A stretch of DNA of 53,111 nt from a virus (lineage: Duplodnaviria > Caudoviricetes). Positions 39,816 through 48,634 of the stretch are shown here, in pieces. The position numbers and the translations under genes are program-made. The stretch covers positions 1 to 53,111 of the IMG/VR virus record IMGVR_UViG_3300025141_014934; one strand, 5' to 3'. Positions within the stretch are counted from its first letter, which is position 1, and each line of letters starts with the position of its first letter. The notes under the pieces are model-generated. The model saw nothing but the letters and a program-made list of their open reading frames with translations. It did not search any database and was not told the origin of the DNA.

Positions 39816-41102
39816 TTATTCAAATGTTTGGACTTGTGCAAACTCAGACCGCGACGGCTCTTCAGCTTCTTCCTCTCCCCATGTAGCATCAGCAAATATC
39901 TTGCTTTGATTCTCAAAAGAAAACCTTTCCGTGATATATTTCTTGAGTTTCTTGGCGGTGGTGCGCTTCGTCTTGATATTTTTTAGGGTATCTCGTAAAG
40001 CCTTTTTATACGCATTCTCGCGTGGGAATGCCCAAAGGGCCTCCTTTATAATCACACCCTCCCAGAGGGCTTCGTCCTGAACTGGCGAAAGGTTATAATC
40101 AACTCGCGTAAAGTGACGTTTAGATTTAATCTTGTCTGATCCTTTTTTCTTGGTCGGAGCGTATAAAAAGTCTAGCTGCCCTCCCCAATCTATGGTAACA
40201 ACGGGCAGTCCAGTGCAAGCAGCCTCAAACAGGGGGAGCCCAAACCCTTCGCCATGAGCGATGTTGACCAGGGCGGTCATCTTTGGATGTGCATAAAGTC
40301 CGTGAAGCTCTTGCTCGCTCATCTCTCCGTGCACTACATAAATCTGACATTTGATGTCTTCTGCAGCCAGTTTTGTGTTCTTAACAATGTTTTGGACCAG
40401 CTTCACAGTTCTTTCATGATCGATAATTGATGTATCAGCACAGAAAGTCTTCAAAACAAACCCCACATCGGGATCATCCTTAAATTCCTCAACAAACCAT
40501 CTTATAGTGTTTTCAAGGTTCTTCCTGGGTCCGTTCTGAGCTACAAACAAGAAGTTTGAATTCGTCTCTAGCTCAATCTCCGGTACCTCTGGAGTAATCT
40601 CTCGTACGGGGAAGTTCGCTACCGTGATGGGAGTCTCGCATTTATAATTGGGAAGAACCTGCCCGGTCTGCTTATTTTTGGCATAATATTCCGTGTTCTC
40701 AAAACCGAATTTTGCGTGATTGGAGACAACAATAATCTTATCCATCATATTGGCTTTCTCCACCCATACGGGGGCAATTTTGCTACACTCAATTCCTGCT
40801 GTAAAGCCGATGTTGCAAGTTGCAATTCTCTCCCACTCGTTAGGAATCGTAACCTGGATAGATATATCGTACCTCGGGTTAGGCTGTTCGTTCGTAACGA
40901 TGGTCTTATGAATCAAGTGGTCAATCCAGCGACGCTCTTCGTCATCAAGCGCCAGCCAACTGGTCTGGCCCCACCCCACATTAATGAGAAAAATGTTGAA
41001 TTTCTCCTCATGTGCCCTTAAAGATCGAAGGGCGAACCTAGTCTGCTCTCCATAACCGCTGCGTGATAGAGCCGGTCCTCGGACTATTACTTTTTTTCTC
41101 AT
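39816..41102 (-). CDS. GT4-family glycosyltransferase
   Basis: SGYG, RKN, HGEGFGLPLFEA. Confidence 0.85.
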   Translation of the reverse strand: MRKKVIVRGPALSRSGYGEQTRFALRSLRAHEEKFNIFLINVGWGQTSWLALDDEERRWIDHLIHKTIVTNEQPNPRYDISIQVTIPNEWERIATCNIGFTAGIECSKIAPVWVEKANMMDKIIVVSNHAKFGFENTEYYAKNKQTGQVLPNYKCETPITVANFPVREITPEVPEIELETNSNFLFVAQNGPRKNLENTIRWFVEEFKDDPDVGFVLKTFCADTSIIDHERTVKLVQNIVKNTKLAAEDIKCQIYVVHGEMSEQELHGLYAHPKMTALVNIAHGEGFGLPLFEAACTGLPVVTIDWGGQLDFLYAPTKKKGSDKIKSKRHFTRVDYNLSPVQDEALWEGVIIKEALWAFPRENAYKKALRDTLKNIKTKRTTAKKLKKYITERFSFENQSKIFADATWGEEEAEEPSRSEFAQVQTFE

Positions 41103-42373
41103 GCTGCTACCTTAATCCTTTCAAAGCGCCAACTCTTATAGTTCTTCCTGGTGTCCCAAGAACCGTTGGTTTCAATAATTTCCTGCATAAGTTCGTCCCA
41201 AACCTCCATGGTTTTATCAAAATTATAATTCTTCATAACATATTTGCGGCCGCGTGCACCCATGGCGTCCCGCTGCTTCTTGGTTTTGTTAAACATCTTT
41301 ACCAAAGCTTTAACCACTATCTCTTCAGAAAGTCGGTCTTCATAAATCATAGGGATATCTTGAGATCCTATAATAGCCTTAGACGTGGGTTCCATGCCAA
41401 TGCCAAACCAACTCTTTCCGTCTGTCACCTGCTCCTGCAACCCTCCGGTCATATTAACAATGATGGGCGTACCACAGGCTAGCGACTCCATGGTTGAGAG
41501 TCCGAAACCTTCCGCATCTGAAACGTTTATGGTACAGTCTGCCATATTATAGATTAGGGCCAACGTTTTTTGATCAAGTTTTTGTGTTGACAACATCACC
41601 TCCCCGTTGTTCATCCCAAGGTTCTTAAGAAGGTACTCTAGGTTTTGACCATGCATATCGTTTGGATCGGTGTGCATAATGAGAAGTGCTTTATCACGAC
41701 CAACCTTGTCCAGAAAAGTCTTAAACCAATAGATCAAGGACCCACTCTGTTTCCGGCGGGCGTTACGGTTATTCCAGAAAAAGACAACTCGGTCTTCTGG
41801 GAAGTTGGTACCGGCGAGGCTGTCACTCTTGAAACTATTTACCTCTTCGTCAGGATACGGCTGAAATATATCCGGAACGACGTGCCCAATGCGCGTGCAG
41901 GGTACGTCCGGGGAGACCGTGCGGACAAGATCGTCGGTTACTTTTGAAATTGTAACGATGTGGTCATTAGAATCATAATACTTCTTGTTGAACATGGGAT
42001 AAGGGTAATTATCCCACACGTGGTGATACACCATGGGACACAGTGGACGTATTTCGTTTTCAATCTCCCACAACCATCGCCAAAAGCGTGGATCAGTCAT
42101 AAACCAGACTACATCTGGTTTTTCTGCACGGAGGATCCCCCGTACAACCTCTTTGGTACCATACCCATCAATGGGATGGATGACCCAATCGTCGCCCCAT
42201 TCCTCAGTCTTAACAGCATTGTAGTTTTCGTGTTTTATGGCGCCGCCGAGAGAAAAGAATTGATAGCGGCCGGTTTTAAGGAGCCCCTCAATAAAATATC
42301 TAGTTTGAGTTCCCACGCCGGAGGGTGATAGTGGATGGTCTCCGAGCGTCAGTATCTTATGTTTCTTAGTCAT
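41099..42373 (-). CDS. GT4-family glycosyltransferase
   Basis: NRNARRK, SDAEGFGLSTMESLACGTP. Confidence 0.87.
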   Translation of the reverse strand: MTKKHKILTLGDHPLSPSGVGTQTRYFIEGLLKTGRYQFFSLGGAIKHENYNAVKTEEWGDDWVIHPIDGYGTKEVVRGILRAEKPDVVWFMTDPRFWRWLWEIENEIRPLCPMVYHHVWDNYPYPMFNKKYYDSNDHIVTISKVTDDLVRTVSPDVPCTRIGHVVPDIFQPYPDEEVNSFKSDSLAGTNFPEDRVVFFWNNRNARRKQSGSLIYWFKTFLDKVGRDKALLIMHTDPNDMHGQNLEYLLKNLGMNNGEVMLSTQKLDQKTLALIYNMADCTINVSDAEGFGLSTMESLACGTPIIVNMTGGLQEQVTDGKSWFGIGMEPTSKAIIGSQDIPMIYEDRLSEEIVVKALVKMFNKTKKQRDAMGARGRKYVMKNYNFDKTMEVWDELMQEIIETNGSWDTRKNYKSWRFERIKVAA

Positions 42374-42384
42374 AACTTAATCCT

Positions 42385-43290
42385 TCACTTACAGTGCTCA
42401 GTATTATAGAACTCGCAGTATCCCCATGGGGATTTGCACCCGAGCCTGTTCTTCAAAAAGTTCTTATTGTTGATATTGTATAGTGCTTTTGTCAATAATT
42501 TAAGAGCATTATCAATTTTTTTATTACCGCTCGTAACACGGAACAGTTCTACTTGGTTATTTTTTGCTGTTCTCTTTAAGAGTGCAAAGTGAGTTTCTAT
42601 CTGGTCGAGGGGAACATTGTGTTTCTTTGACCAGAAATATTTGTAGAATGTCAATTGATATGTAATCATCTTATCGTTCTTCTTGCGCGAATCCCAACCC
42701 CATGAACAGGTCTTCCAATCGATGATGTGGTGTTTGCCATCTGGGGTTTTAACCACTAAATCAATATACCCCTTGAAGTTATATGGTGCATTAGAAAATT
42801 CTTCAATATTCTCATATAGTTGTTCTTCAATGGAGACATATTCAAACTCACCAAAATAGTCATGTAGGGCCGGAATAGCCATCTTTGATAGCACCTGCCC
42901 CTGCGTCTCCATTTGTGAAACACGATCTTTATCCATGGTTTCTAAAACGGTGGATGGCAGCTTTTCTAGCTGCTTCTCAAAAGAACCCAAGAAGTATTTC
43001 CCTGGTTCTGTTGTTTCTTTTAGAATCAGTTTTTCACAAGTTTCGTGAAGAGCCGTTCCGAAAGAAGTATATTCATTACCCTCGAAAGCTCGCAGCTTAT
43101 CTAAGTTAACGAGCTTGTGATAATGAGGACATGTTGTCCAATTCTTCAGTTCTGAATATGATATGTGCTTATTTTTTGCTACTGCGGGATTTTGGTTTTG
43201 TTGTTCGTGTGTCACTATTTGTCTTTTGTGCTGTTTTTGATGCTTTTTGCTTCTTTTCGAAAACCCATGTTCCGATTCTGGTGCGTTCAT
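42385..43290 (-). CDS. PD-(D/E)XK RecB/Cas4-like exonuclease
   Basis: ISYSEL..W..CP, FGTALH, KGYIDL, IIDWKT, QL..Y and C-terminal Cys cluster; true start probably ~43214. Confidence 0.82.
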   Translation of the reverse strand: MNAPESEHGFSKRSKKHQKQHKRQIVTHEQQNQNPAVAKNKHISYSELKNWTTCPHYHKLVNLDKLRAFEGNEYTSFGTALHETCEKLILKETTEPGKYFLGSFEKQLEKLPSTVLETMDKDRVSQMETQGQVLSKMAIPALHDYFGEFEYVSIEEQLYENIEEFSNAPYNFKGYIDLVVKTPDGKHHIIDWKTCSWGWDSRKKNDKMITYQLTFYKYFWSKKHNVPLDQIETHFALLKRTAKNNQVELFRVTSGNKKIDNALKLLTKALYNINNKNFLKNRLGCKSPWGYCEFYNTEHCK

Positions 43291-43492
43291 TCAGGTTATG
43301 TAAAAAAAGAGGAGATTCTATGCATGCCCACCCATCTTTGACCGATGATTTTCTTTGGACTGCCTCTATCACATCCGTGCCACTCACCCAAATCTCTTTG
43401 TTCTCTGTACTGTAAGGAGTATCAGGATTAATCGCTGGCAACTCTACATGTGCTCGAAGGGTGGTGCCTTCTTTTTCTATATCTATGTTCAT
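43169..43492 (-). CDS. Hypothetical protein
   Basis: 107 aa, ATGA-coupled to the upstream gene, basic tail. Confidence 0.6.
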   Translation of the reverse strand: MNIDIEKEGTTLRAHVELPAINPDTPYSTENKEIWVSGTDVIEAVQRKSSVKDGWACIESPLFLHNLNERTRIGTWVFEKKQKASKTAQKTNSDTRTTKPKSRSSKK

Positions 43493-44139
43493 CTGTTTTC
43501 GTCCTCCAGTAAGCCTTCTATCTTATTATAGATCGCAGGGCTTATGTTCTTTAAGTAGTTTCGATCCTTTAAAAAATATTCTTCAAACCCAGTAGAAAAA
43601 TACTCCCTGAGGGATGTTACAGCATACGGAGATACGAATAATCCCATAGATAGGCTCGTCAATAATGGGTACCCTAACACTTCGTATAGATACTTGTCAA
43701 ATTGAGCATTGTACTCTGGGTTTAGGAACTGTTTTGCCCATATATTCATCTTACCACTAAACTCTTGCTTAAGCAAGTGAAATAATCTCTTTCTCTTCCC
43801 TAAGAATTCGACCTCTATTTTGCCATCCGAATAAAGAAATCCAGGATCAGACTCTTCTACGGCGTGGGCCGTCTCATGTACAATGTCATCTATCAAGTCA
43901 TCTTCATCATCTTGCTGGTTTGAAACCATAATGGAACCATTTTCATATTTGGCATTTGTATTCTTCTCAACAAAGTCCTCAAATTCTCCAATAACAATAG
44001 TATCAATGCCATAGAACAGGGTTCTGGGCACGCGGTTCTCTATTTCATCTATGACATATGTCAAATCTACTGGCTCTATAAATGAGTCTTTAAACAGAAT
44101 TGGAATTCCGTAAAGGCTATAGCTTGTTGTTGATTGCAC
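43489..44139 (-). CDS. Putative zincin-type metallopeptidase
   Basis: VHETAHAVE (HExxH) plus downstream YA...REYF. Confidence 0.6.
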   Translation of the reverse strand: MQSTTSYSLYGIPILFKDSFIEPVDLTYVIDEIENRVPRTLFYGIDTIVIGEFEDFVEKNTNAKYENGSIMVSNQQDDEDDLIDDIVHETAHAVEESDPGFLYSDGKIEVEFLGKRKRLFHLLKQEFSGKMNIWAKQFLNPEYNAQFDKYLYEVLGYPLLTSLSMGLFVSPYAVTSLREYFSTGFEEYFLKDRNYLKNISPAIYNKIEGLLEDENR

Positions 44140-44147
44140 CTGTGTAT

Positions 44148-44435
44148 CTACGTCGGGGGGGGAGTTTCTTCGGTGGAGGTGTCTTCCTCGTTAGCTGTAG
44201 AATCCTCTAAGCCTTGGGCGTAGCCCCGCATCCAATTTTCCTCGGCCACAGTTAGAAGAAACTCAGGGAATTCCGATGCAAATGTGTTGATCGTCATCTC
44301 CAAAGTCACTTCTTCGTTTTCTGGATCCAGTTTATCTCCGACATAATTTACAACCAGTTCTTTCAAGCCTGTTGTTCCTATTATCTTTTCTTCTAATGCT
44401 GGGTTTGTTTCCAGTTCTTTTATTTCTTTTGTCAT
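44148..44435 (-). CDS. Hypothetical protein
   Basis: 95 aa acidic ORF coupled to phoH. Confidence 0.7.
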   Translation of the reverse strand: MTKEIKELETNPALEEKIIGTTGLKELVVNYVGDKLDPENEEVTLEMTINTFASEFPEFLLTVAEENWMRGYAQGLEDSTANEEDTSTEETPPPT

Positions 44436-45748
44436 AATACCTTCGATGCCAGTGTTGCTACTCGGGAACGCTCTCCCTTTTTGAGTGTAATATGACCAGA
44501 TAAATCGTGTGTTTTGAATTTTTCAATAGCATAGGTTAGACCATTTGAGGTCTCGTCTATGTATGCATTGTCAATCTGTTCCACGTCTCCGGTCAATATG
44601 ATTTTGGTTCCTTCACCGACTCTTGTAATTATAGTCTTTAATTCGTGACTTGTTAAGTTTTGTGCCTCATCTATTACAATATAAGCATTCGCAATTGAGC
44701 GGCCGCGGATATAGGTTAGTGCTTCGATTTCGATGAGCCCCTTATCAACGTACATATCCAACACATCTTTGTCATTTCCCATCAAGTATTTTAAATTGTC
44801 CTCGATAGGAGCTAACCATGGAGTCATTTTCTCTTCTAGTGTCCCTGGAAGGTATCCGATGTCTTTCCCGAGTGGCTGAACAGGGCGGGATACTACCAGG
44901 CGACTGTATCTTTTTTGTTCTAACACTTGTTCTAACCCAGAAGCGATCGCCATTAGCGTTTTACCACAACCAGCCTTGCCAACTAGAGTTACAATGGGGA
45001 TATCCGGATTCATCAATAGATCGAGCCCAAACGACTGCTCTTTGTTGCGAGGACGGACACCCCATACACCGTCCTTACTGAATTGGGTTACCTTTTGCAG
45101 AGGTGTTGCATGATCTGCGAATCTTGCCAACGCTGTTTTTTTAGAATTTGCACTCGAAACCAACATGATAAACTGGTTAGGGTTTAGGCTGAACTCATCT
45201 TTATCTATGATAACCGGTTCGCTACTGTAATAACGGTCTACCAACTGATCATCTACCAAGAGGTTAGAAAATCCGTCATATAGCTCATCGATATGATCAA
45301 CAATCTGGTTGTCTACGTAATCCTCGCACAATATCCCTAGGGCATCACACTTTACGCGCATGTTTATGTCTCTAGAAACTAGAACCACCTTTTTGCGAGG
45401 AGAGGTTTCCATTTCTTTGAGAGCAACGCCTATGATCTCGTTATCGGCGTTTCCGGTGGGGAAGTCTGTTGGGAGGGTCGATGCGCCGTCGTAAGGGACC
45501 GCCCTAGCATTCCCAAGGCTCTTTCCTATACGCACCCCTTTACGTAAGCTTCCGGCGCTTCTAAGCTCATCTAGAGCCCTAATCGTGCGTCGAGCGTTTG
45601 TGCCCACACCATCTTGACGCTTCTTGTGCTTGTCAATTTCCTCCAACACCTTGAGTGGGATAACAATATCGTTGTTTCCGTAGCATTTTATTGAATTGGA
45701 GTCCGTCAAGTAGACGTTTGTATCTAGAATATATGTCTTCTTTGCCAC
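44432..45748 (-). CDS. phoH: PIN-domain PhoH-family ATPase
   Basis: PIN motif ILDTNV; Walker A GKAGCGKT; GYLPG, RGRS, DEAQN, GD..Q.D. Confidence 0.92.
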   Translation of the reverse strand: MAKKTYILDTNVYLTDSNSIKCYGNNDIVIPLKVLEEIDKHKKRQDGVGTNARRTIRALDELRSAGSLRKGVRIGKSLGNARAVPYDGASTLPTDFPTGNADNEIIGVALKEMETSPRKKVVLVSRDINMRVKCDALGILCEDYVDNQIVDHIDELYDGFSNLLVDDQLVDRYYSSEPVIIDKDEFSLNPNQFIMLVSSANSKKTALARFADHATPLQKVTQFSKDGVWGVRPRNKEQSFGLDLLMNPDIPIVTLVGKAGCGKTLMAIASGLEQVLEQKRYSRLVVSRPVQPLGKDIGYLPGTLEEKMTPWLAPIEDNLKYLMGNDKDVLDMYVDKGLIEIEALTYIRGRSIANAYIVIDEAQNLTSHELKTIITRVGEGTKIILTGDVEQIDNAYIDETSNGLTYAIEKFKTHDLSGHITLKKGERSRVATLASKVL

Positions 45749-45761
45749 GATTAACCTTAAT

Positions 45762-46568
45762 TTAATTAGTTTTGGGTCTTGTTAATTCCAACATATTTCG
45801 ATGCCATGAATCATAATAATCAGTAATGTTGTCATCAATAAAGCGATTAAGGAGAGTCACATCAGAAGCAAAGGTAACGTGGTGGAATCCTCGTATTACG
45901 GAATGAAGTACTCCTACGAGGCGGCCGCGACCGTCTATTATTGGAGAACCAGAACTACCGGGGGCGGCGGGGATTGAAAAGGACGTCGTAAACCGATTAT
46001 AGTTACCTAGAAAACGTCCTTCCAGAAGAGGAACAAATTTGGTCTCTGCTGAGCCAAGAGGGGAAGCAATATTGTAGTATTTTTCGCCGACGTCCAACTC
46101 TCCATAATATCGTTTGAGAGGCTTAACTGAAAGCCTCTTAGCAAACAGGATGCAAGCGTCTAGCTCTTCGTCCATTGCCACGATATCGGCGATCGACTTA
46201 TCCCCCATGAACGTGTGCACGTGCATTTTCTTTTTAATTCTTATCTTTTTCTTTTTTCTGATTTTCTGCGGAATCAATATATTCCCAAATATCTGAACGA
46301 TCTTCTTGTCCATCTTGCGACAGACATGTTCGGCCGTCAATATGAAAACACCAATTGAATTAGTGGCGATAACGGCGCCAGAACCTTGACTACCCACAAC
46401 GAGGTCCTCTACAACAGTGCAGTCTTTTTGTTTGTCACAAACTTCGAAGTAATTTTCGTTTCGTACTTTGATGAAGGAACCGCGAGCAGCAGTGGGGAAA
46501 GAGTCAGAAATACAGGACAGGCTTAGTGTTGTCAGAAGTAGTATAATCGTTAACGATAACCATTTCAC
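45762..46568 (-). CDS. Secreted trypsin-like serine protease
   Basis: Signal peptide ending in Cys; catalytic triad motifs GSG, LTAEHV, D, PGSSGSP. Confidence 0.85.
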   Translation of the reverse strand: MKWLSLTIILLLTTLSLSCISDSFPTAARGSFIKVRNENYFEVCDKQKDCTVVEDLVVGSQGSGAVIATNSIGVFILTAEHVCRKMDKKIVQIFGNILIPQKIRKKKKIRIKKKMHVHTFMGDKSIADIVAMDEELDACILFAKRLSVKPLKRYYGELDVGEKYYNIASPLGSAETKFVPLLEGRFLGNYNRFTTSFSIPAAPGSSGSPIIDGRGRLVGVLHSVIRGFHHVTFASDVTLLNRFIDDNITDYYDSWHRNMLELTRPKTN

Positions 46569-46618
46569 CCTAAAATAAGTAGGGTCTACAAACCTTAAAA
46601 AGTGTTTAAGTTAAAAAT

Positions 46619-46846
46619 TTATTCTTCTGAAAGGAGGATTGCAAAGTTTTCTACGACTCGGCCCGTGTTCTCTTCGCGAATCTCTAATTGGCTATATTTC
46701 CTGTGATCTAAGCCAGTTATGGCACGACGGTCAGCGGTACATGGCTTTATGTACTCCCAAGTTCTAAAAGTAAGAAAACTTCCCTCAGGTGTGCTGTAGG
46801 GTTTCTTGACGCCCCACAGGTGATAGCTAATTTTTTGCTTTTTCAT
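46619..46846 (-). CDS. Hypothetical protein
   Basis: 75 aa with GAGG RBS upstream. Confidence 0.6.
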   Translation of the reverse strand: MKKQKISYHLWGVKKPYSTPEGSFLTFRTWEYIKPCTADRRAITGLDHRKYSQLEIREENTGRVVENFAILLSEE

Positions 46847-46869
46847 GTGTCCTCGTTAGTATTTTTAGT

Positions 46870-47094
46870 CTAATTGATTACGTTGTCTTTTTTAAGACCC
46901 ATTTCGATAAATCTCAATATTATCTCTTTTTTTACAGGATCATAGATTAGACTCAGTCCCTCGGAGGGCTTAATATTCTCCAGATCTTTTTTAGTAATCT
47001 TTACTTCACCCCCGAACTTCTTAATGAGAGCAGAGAGCATCGTAAATAAATGTTCTTTGTCGTCTAAAAGCTTTTTTGGCTTACGCTTGGGCAT
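46870..47094 (-). CDS. Hypothetical protein
   Basis: 74 aa, co-oriented small phage ORF. Confidence 0.6.
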   Translation of the reverse strand: MPKRKPKKLLDDKEHLFTMLSALIKKFGGEVKITKKDLENIKPSEGLSLIYDPVKKEIILRFIEMGLKKDNVIN

Positions 47095-47115
47095 ATGGTA
47101 AGTATGCTGTCGCTC

Positions 47116-47385
47116 TTATAAAAGCCAAGTCTTTAGATACCCCGTATTGGAATGATCACCAACTTCATATGTTAATCTGTACTCTAAAAAGACTTTTATG
47201 ACATGCTGTTGCATGTCGTATGAGTTGCCAGTAATTATGTGAACTTCTTTGCCTGAATTCCAGCGTGATTCTAAGAATCGTATGGTGGTGCTTCTAGCTG
47301 TGTCGTAGTCCAAACCGTGGAGATCTAAAACCTCCGGAGTGTTTCTTCTTCTCTTTTTTCTATTTCTCGGCACCGGCTGATACAA
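47116..47385 (-). CDS. Stand-alone Smr/MutS2 C-terminal domain protein
   Basis: LDLHGL, IITG and N.G motifs. Confidence 0.75.
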   Translation of the reverse strand: MYQPVPRNRKKRRRNTPEVLDLHGLDYDTARSTTIRFLESRWNSGKEVHIITGNSYDMQQHVIKVFLEYRLTYEVGDHSNTGYLKTWLL

Positions 47386-47560
47386 GCTCCAAAAAATTAA
47401 TGTGGAATAGATGAGTTGTCATGTCATCAAAGAGTACTCTCACCATATCTCCCTCATAATTCGGATCAATCTCTACAATCACGCCAATCTTGTCGTGGTA
47501 ATATCTGCTCCACACGAAGAGTTTTTGACTGTCGATCATGACTAAGTCTCCTACTTTCAC
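47360..47560 (-). CDS. Small SH3/KOW-like phage protein
   Basis: MKVGDLV...IGVIVEI...VRVLF...LELV pattern. Confidence 0.65.
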   Translation of the reverse strand: MKVGDLVMIDSQKLFVWSRYYHDKIGVIVEIDPNYEGDMVRVLFDDMTTHLFHINFLELVSAGAEK

Positions 47561-47856
47561 TCATCTTGTGCTCCGACGGCAAGTTCTTCAAGCAATAGGG
47601 CGGTCGCGCGGTCGACCTCTCTTTCCAGAGAGGCGCTAAGGAGCGGTACCGCTATTCCAATCTTCTGTCTGACCACGGTTGGTCGCCTCGTGCGCCAGGA
47701 CGAATCTTCTGTATCATACTCTCGAAATGAAACAATCAGCCCATTCCCAGGAGTTTGTACAGTGTAAAACCCAATCTGACGGCCGTCTTTTATAACTCGT
47801 TCAGTATAGCATCCATATCCTTGTAGATATGACTTATAATCGAAATTAAAATTCAT
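47557..47856 (-). CDS. Hypothetical protein
   Basis: 99 aa, coupled to neighbours. Confidence 0.6.
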   Translation of the reverse strand: MNFNFDYKSYLQGYGCYTERVIKDGRQIGFYTVQTPGNGLIVSFREYDTEDSSWRTRRPTVVRQKIGIAVPLLSASLEREVDRATALLLEELAVGAQDE

Positions 47857-48228
47857 CTATCTTGACGACGCTGCCGTTTTCGTCTTGCCCTGCCAAATAC
47901 TATTCCTAACTTTGATGGTTACATGCCACCGCTTGTGTACTTCTGAGGAGACTCTTTCTTTAAGGGGGACTATCATGGTATGCGTTAGTCTTGTGTCAAA
48001 GGGCATCAACTGCTGTACTATGACGAGCTTTACTTCGGCATCAAACTCAAGAAACTTGTATCGGACACCTTCCCGCAAAAACAACTTATCACTCTCCTCA
48101 CCGCAGATAACTTCTGCTAGAGCCACCTTTTCTACAAAGCTTTTTTGCTTCGCAAGTGCTCGTAGATCCGCTGCTGTCGCCATAGGTTGAATTCCCTCGC
48201 TCTCTTTATTAGTTAGTTGGTTGGTCAT
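47857..48228 (-). CDS. Hypothetical protein
   Basis: Track ORF 47857-48258; the ATG at 48228 overlapping the upstream stop is the more plausible start. Confidence 0.55.
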   Translation of the reverse strand: MTNQLTNKESEGIQPMATAADLRALAKQKSFVEKVALAEVICGEESDKLFLREGVRYKFLEFDAEVKLVIVQQLMPFDTRLTHTMIVPLKERVSSEVHKRWHVTIKVRNSIWQGKTKTAASSR

Positions 48229-48482
48229 CTGATAGGCACTAAATTTTTCCTGCACCAATGGAGCGTACGCTCTCTTTCGTTCCCAGACTTCACCGTCTTA
48301 ACAAGAACCCGGCCAATATCTTCGTGTATACTGATTACAACAAGCTTGATGGTCGGATTGGACTTCAGGTGGTATTCACCCGGGGTGATCTCAATGTGCT
48401 TATACTTCTCATATTCTTCGAGATATCTTTGTTGTCCATTCATGGTTGTCCTGCTGATTGGTGTAACTCTTTTTACTCTCAT
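48225..48482 (-). CDS. Hypothetical protein
   Basis: 85 aa immediately downstream of the tRNA-like RNA. Confidence 0.6.
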   Translation of the reverse strand: MRVKRVTPISRTTMNGQQRYLEEYEKYKHIEITPGEYHLKSNPTIKLVVISIHEDIGRVLVKTVKSGNERERTLHWCRKNLVPIR

Positions 48483-48492
48483 TTCTTTACTC

Positions 48493-48572
48493 TGGTGGGC
48501 GATCTGGGGCTTGAACCCAGGTGTGACCTGCTACTCTTTCTACGGTTTATAAGACCGAGGAGATAATCGCCC
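48493..48572 (-). tRNA. Atypical tRNA-Ile(UAU)-like RNA lacking a canonical D-arm
   Basis: GGGCGAT/ATCGCCC acceptor stem plus ACCA; T-arm CTGGG-TTCAAGC-CCCAG; anticodon hairpin CGGT-CTTATAA-ACCG; only 8 nt between acceptor and anticodon stems. Confidence 0.75.
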
Positions 48573-48580
48573 ATGTTCTT

Positions 48581-48609
48581 AATATACCAGATTAAAAACC
48601 AAATGTCAA
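48581..48609 (-). promoter_or_regulatory. Sigma70-type promoter
   Basis: TTGACA-17 nt-TATATT with TG extended -10, ending 8 nt before the tRNA-like RNA. Confidence 0.8.
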
Positions 48610-48634
48610 GGAAAGTTTATCCAAAGTAAGACGA

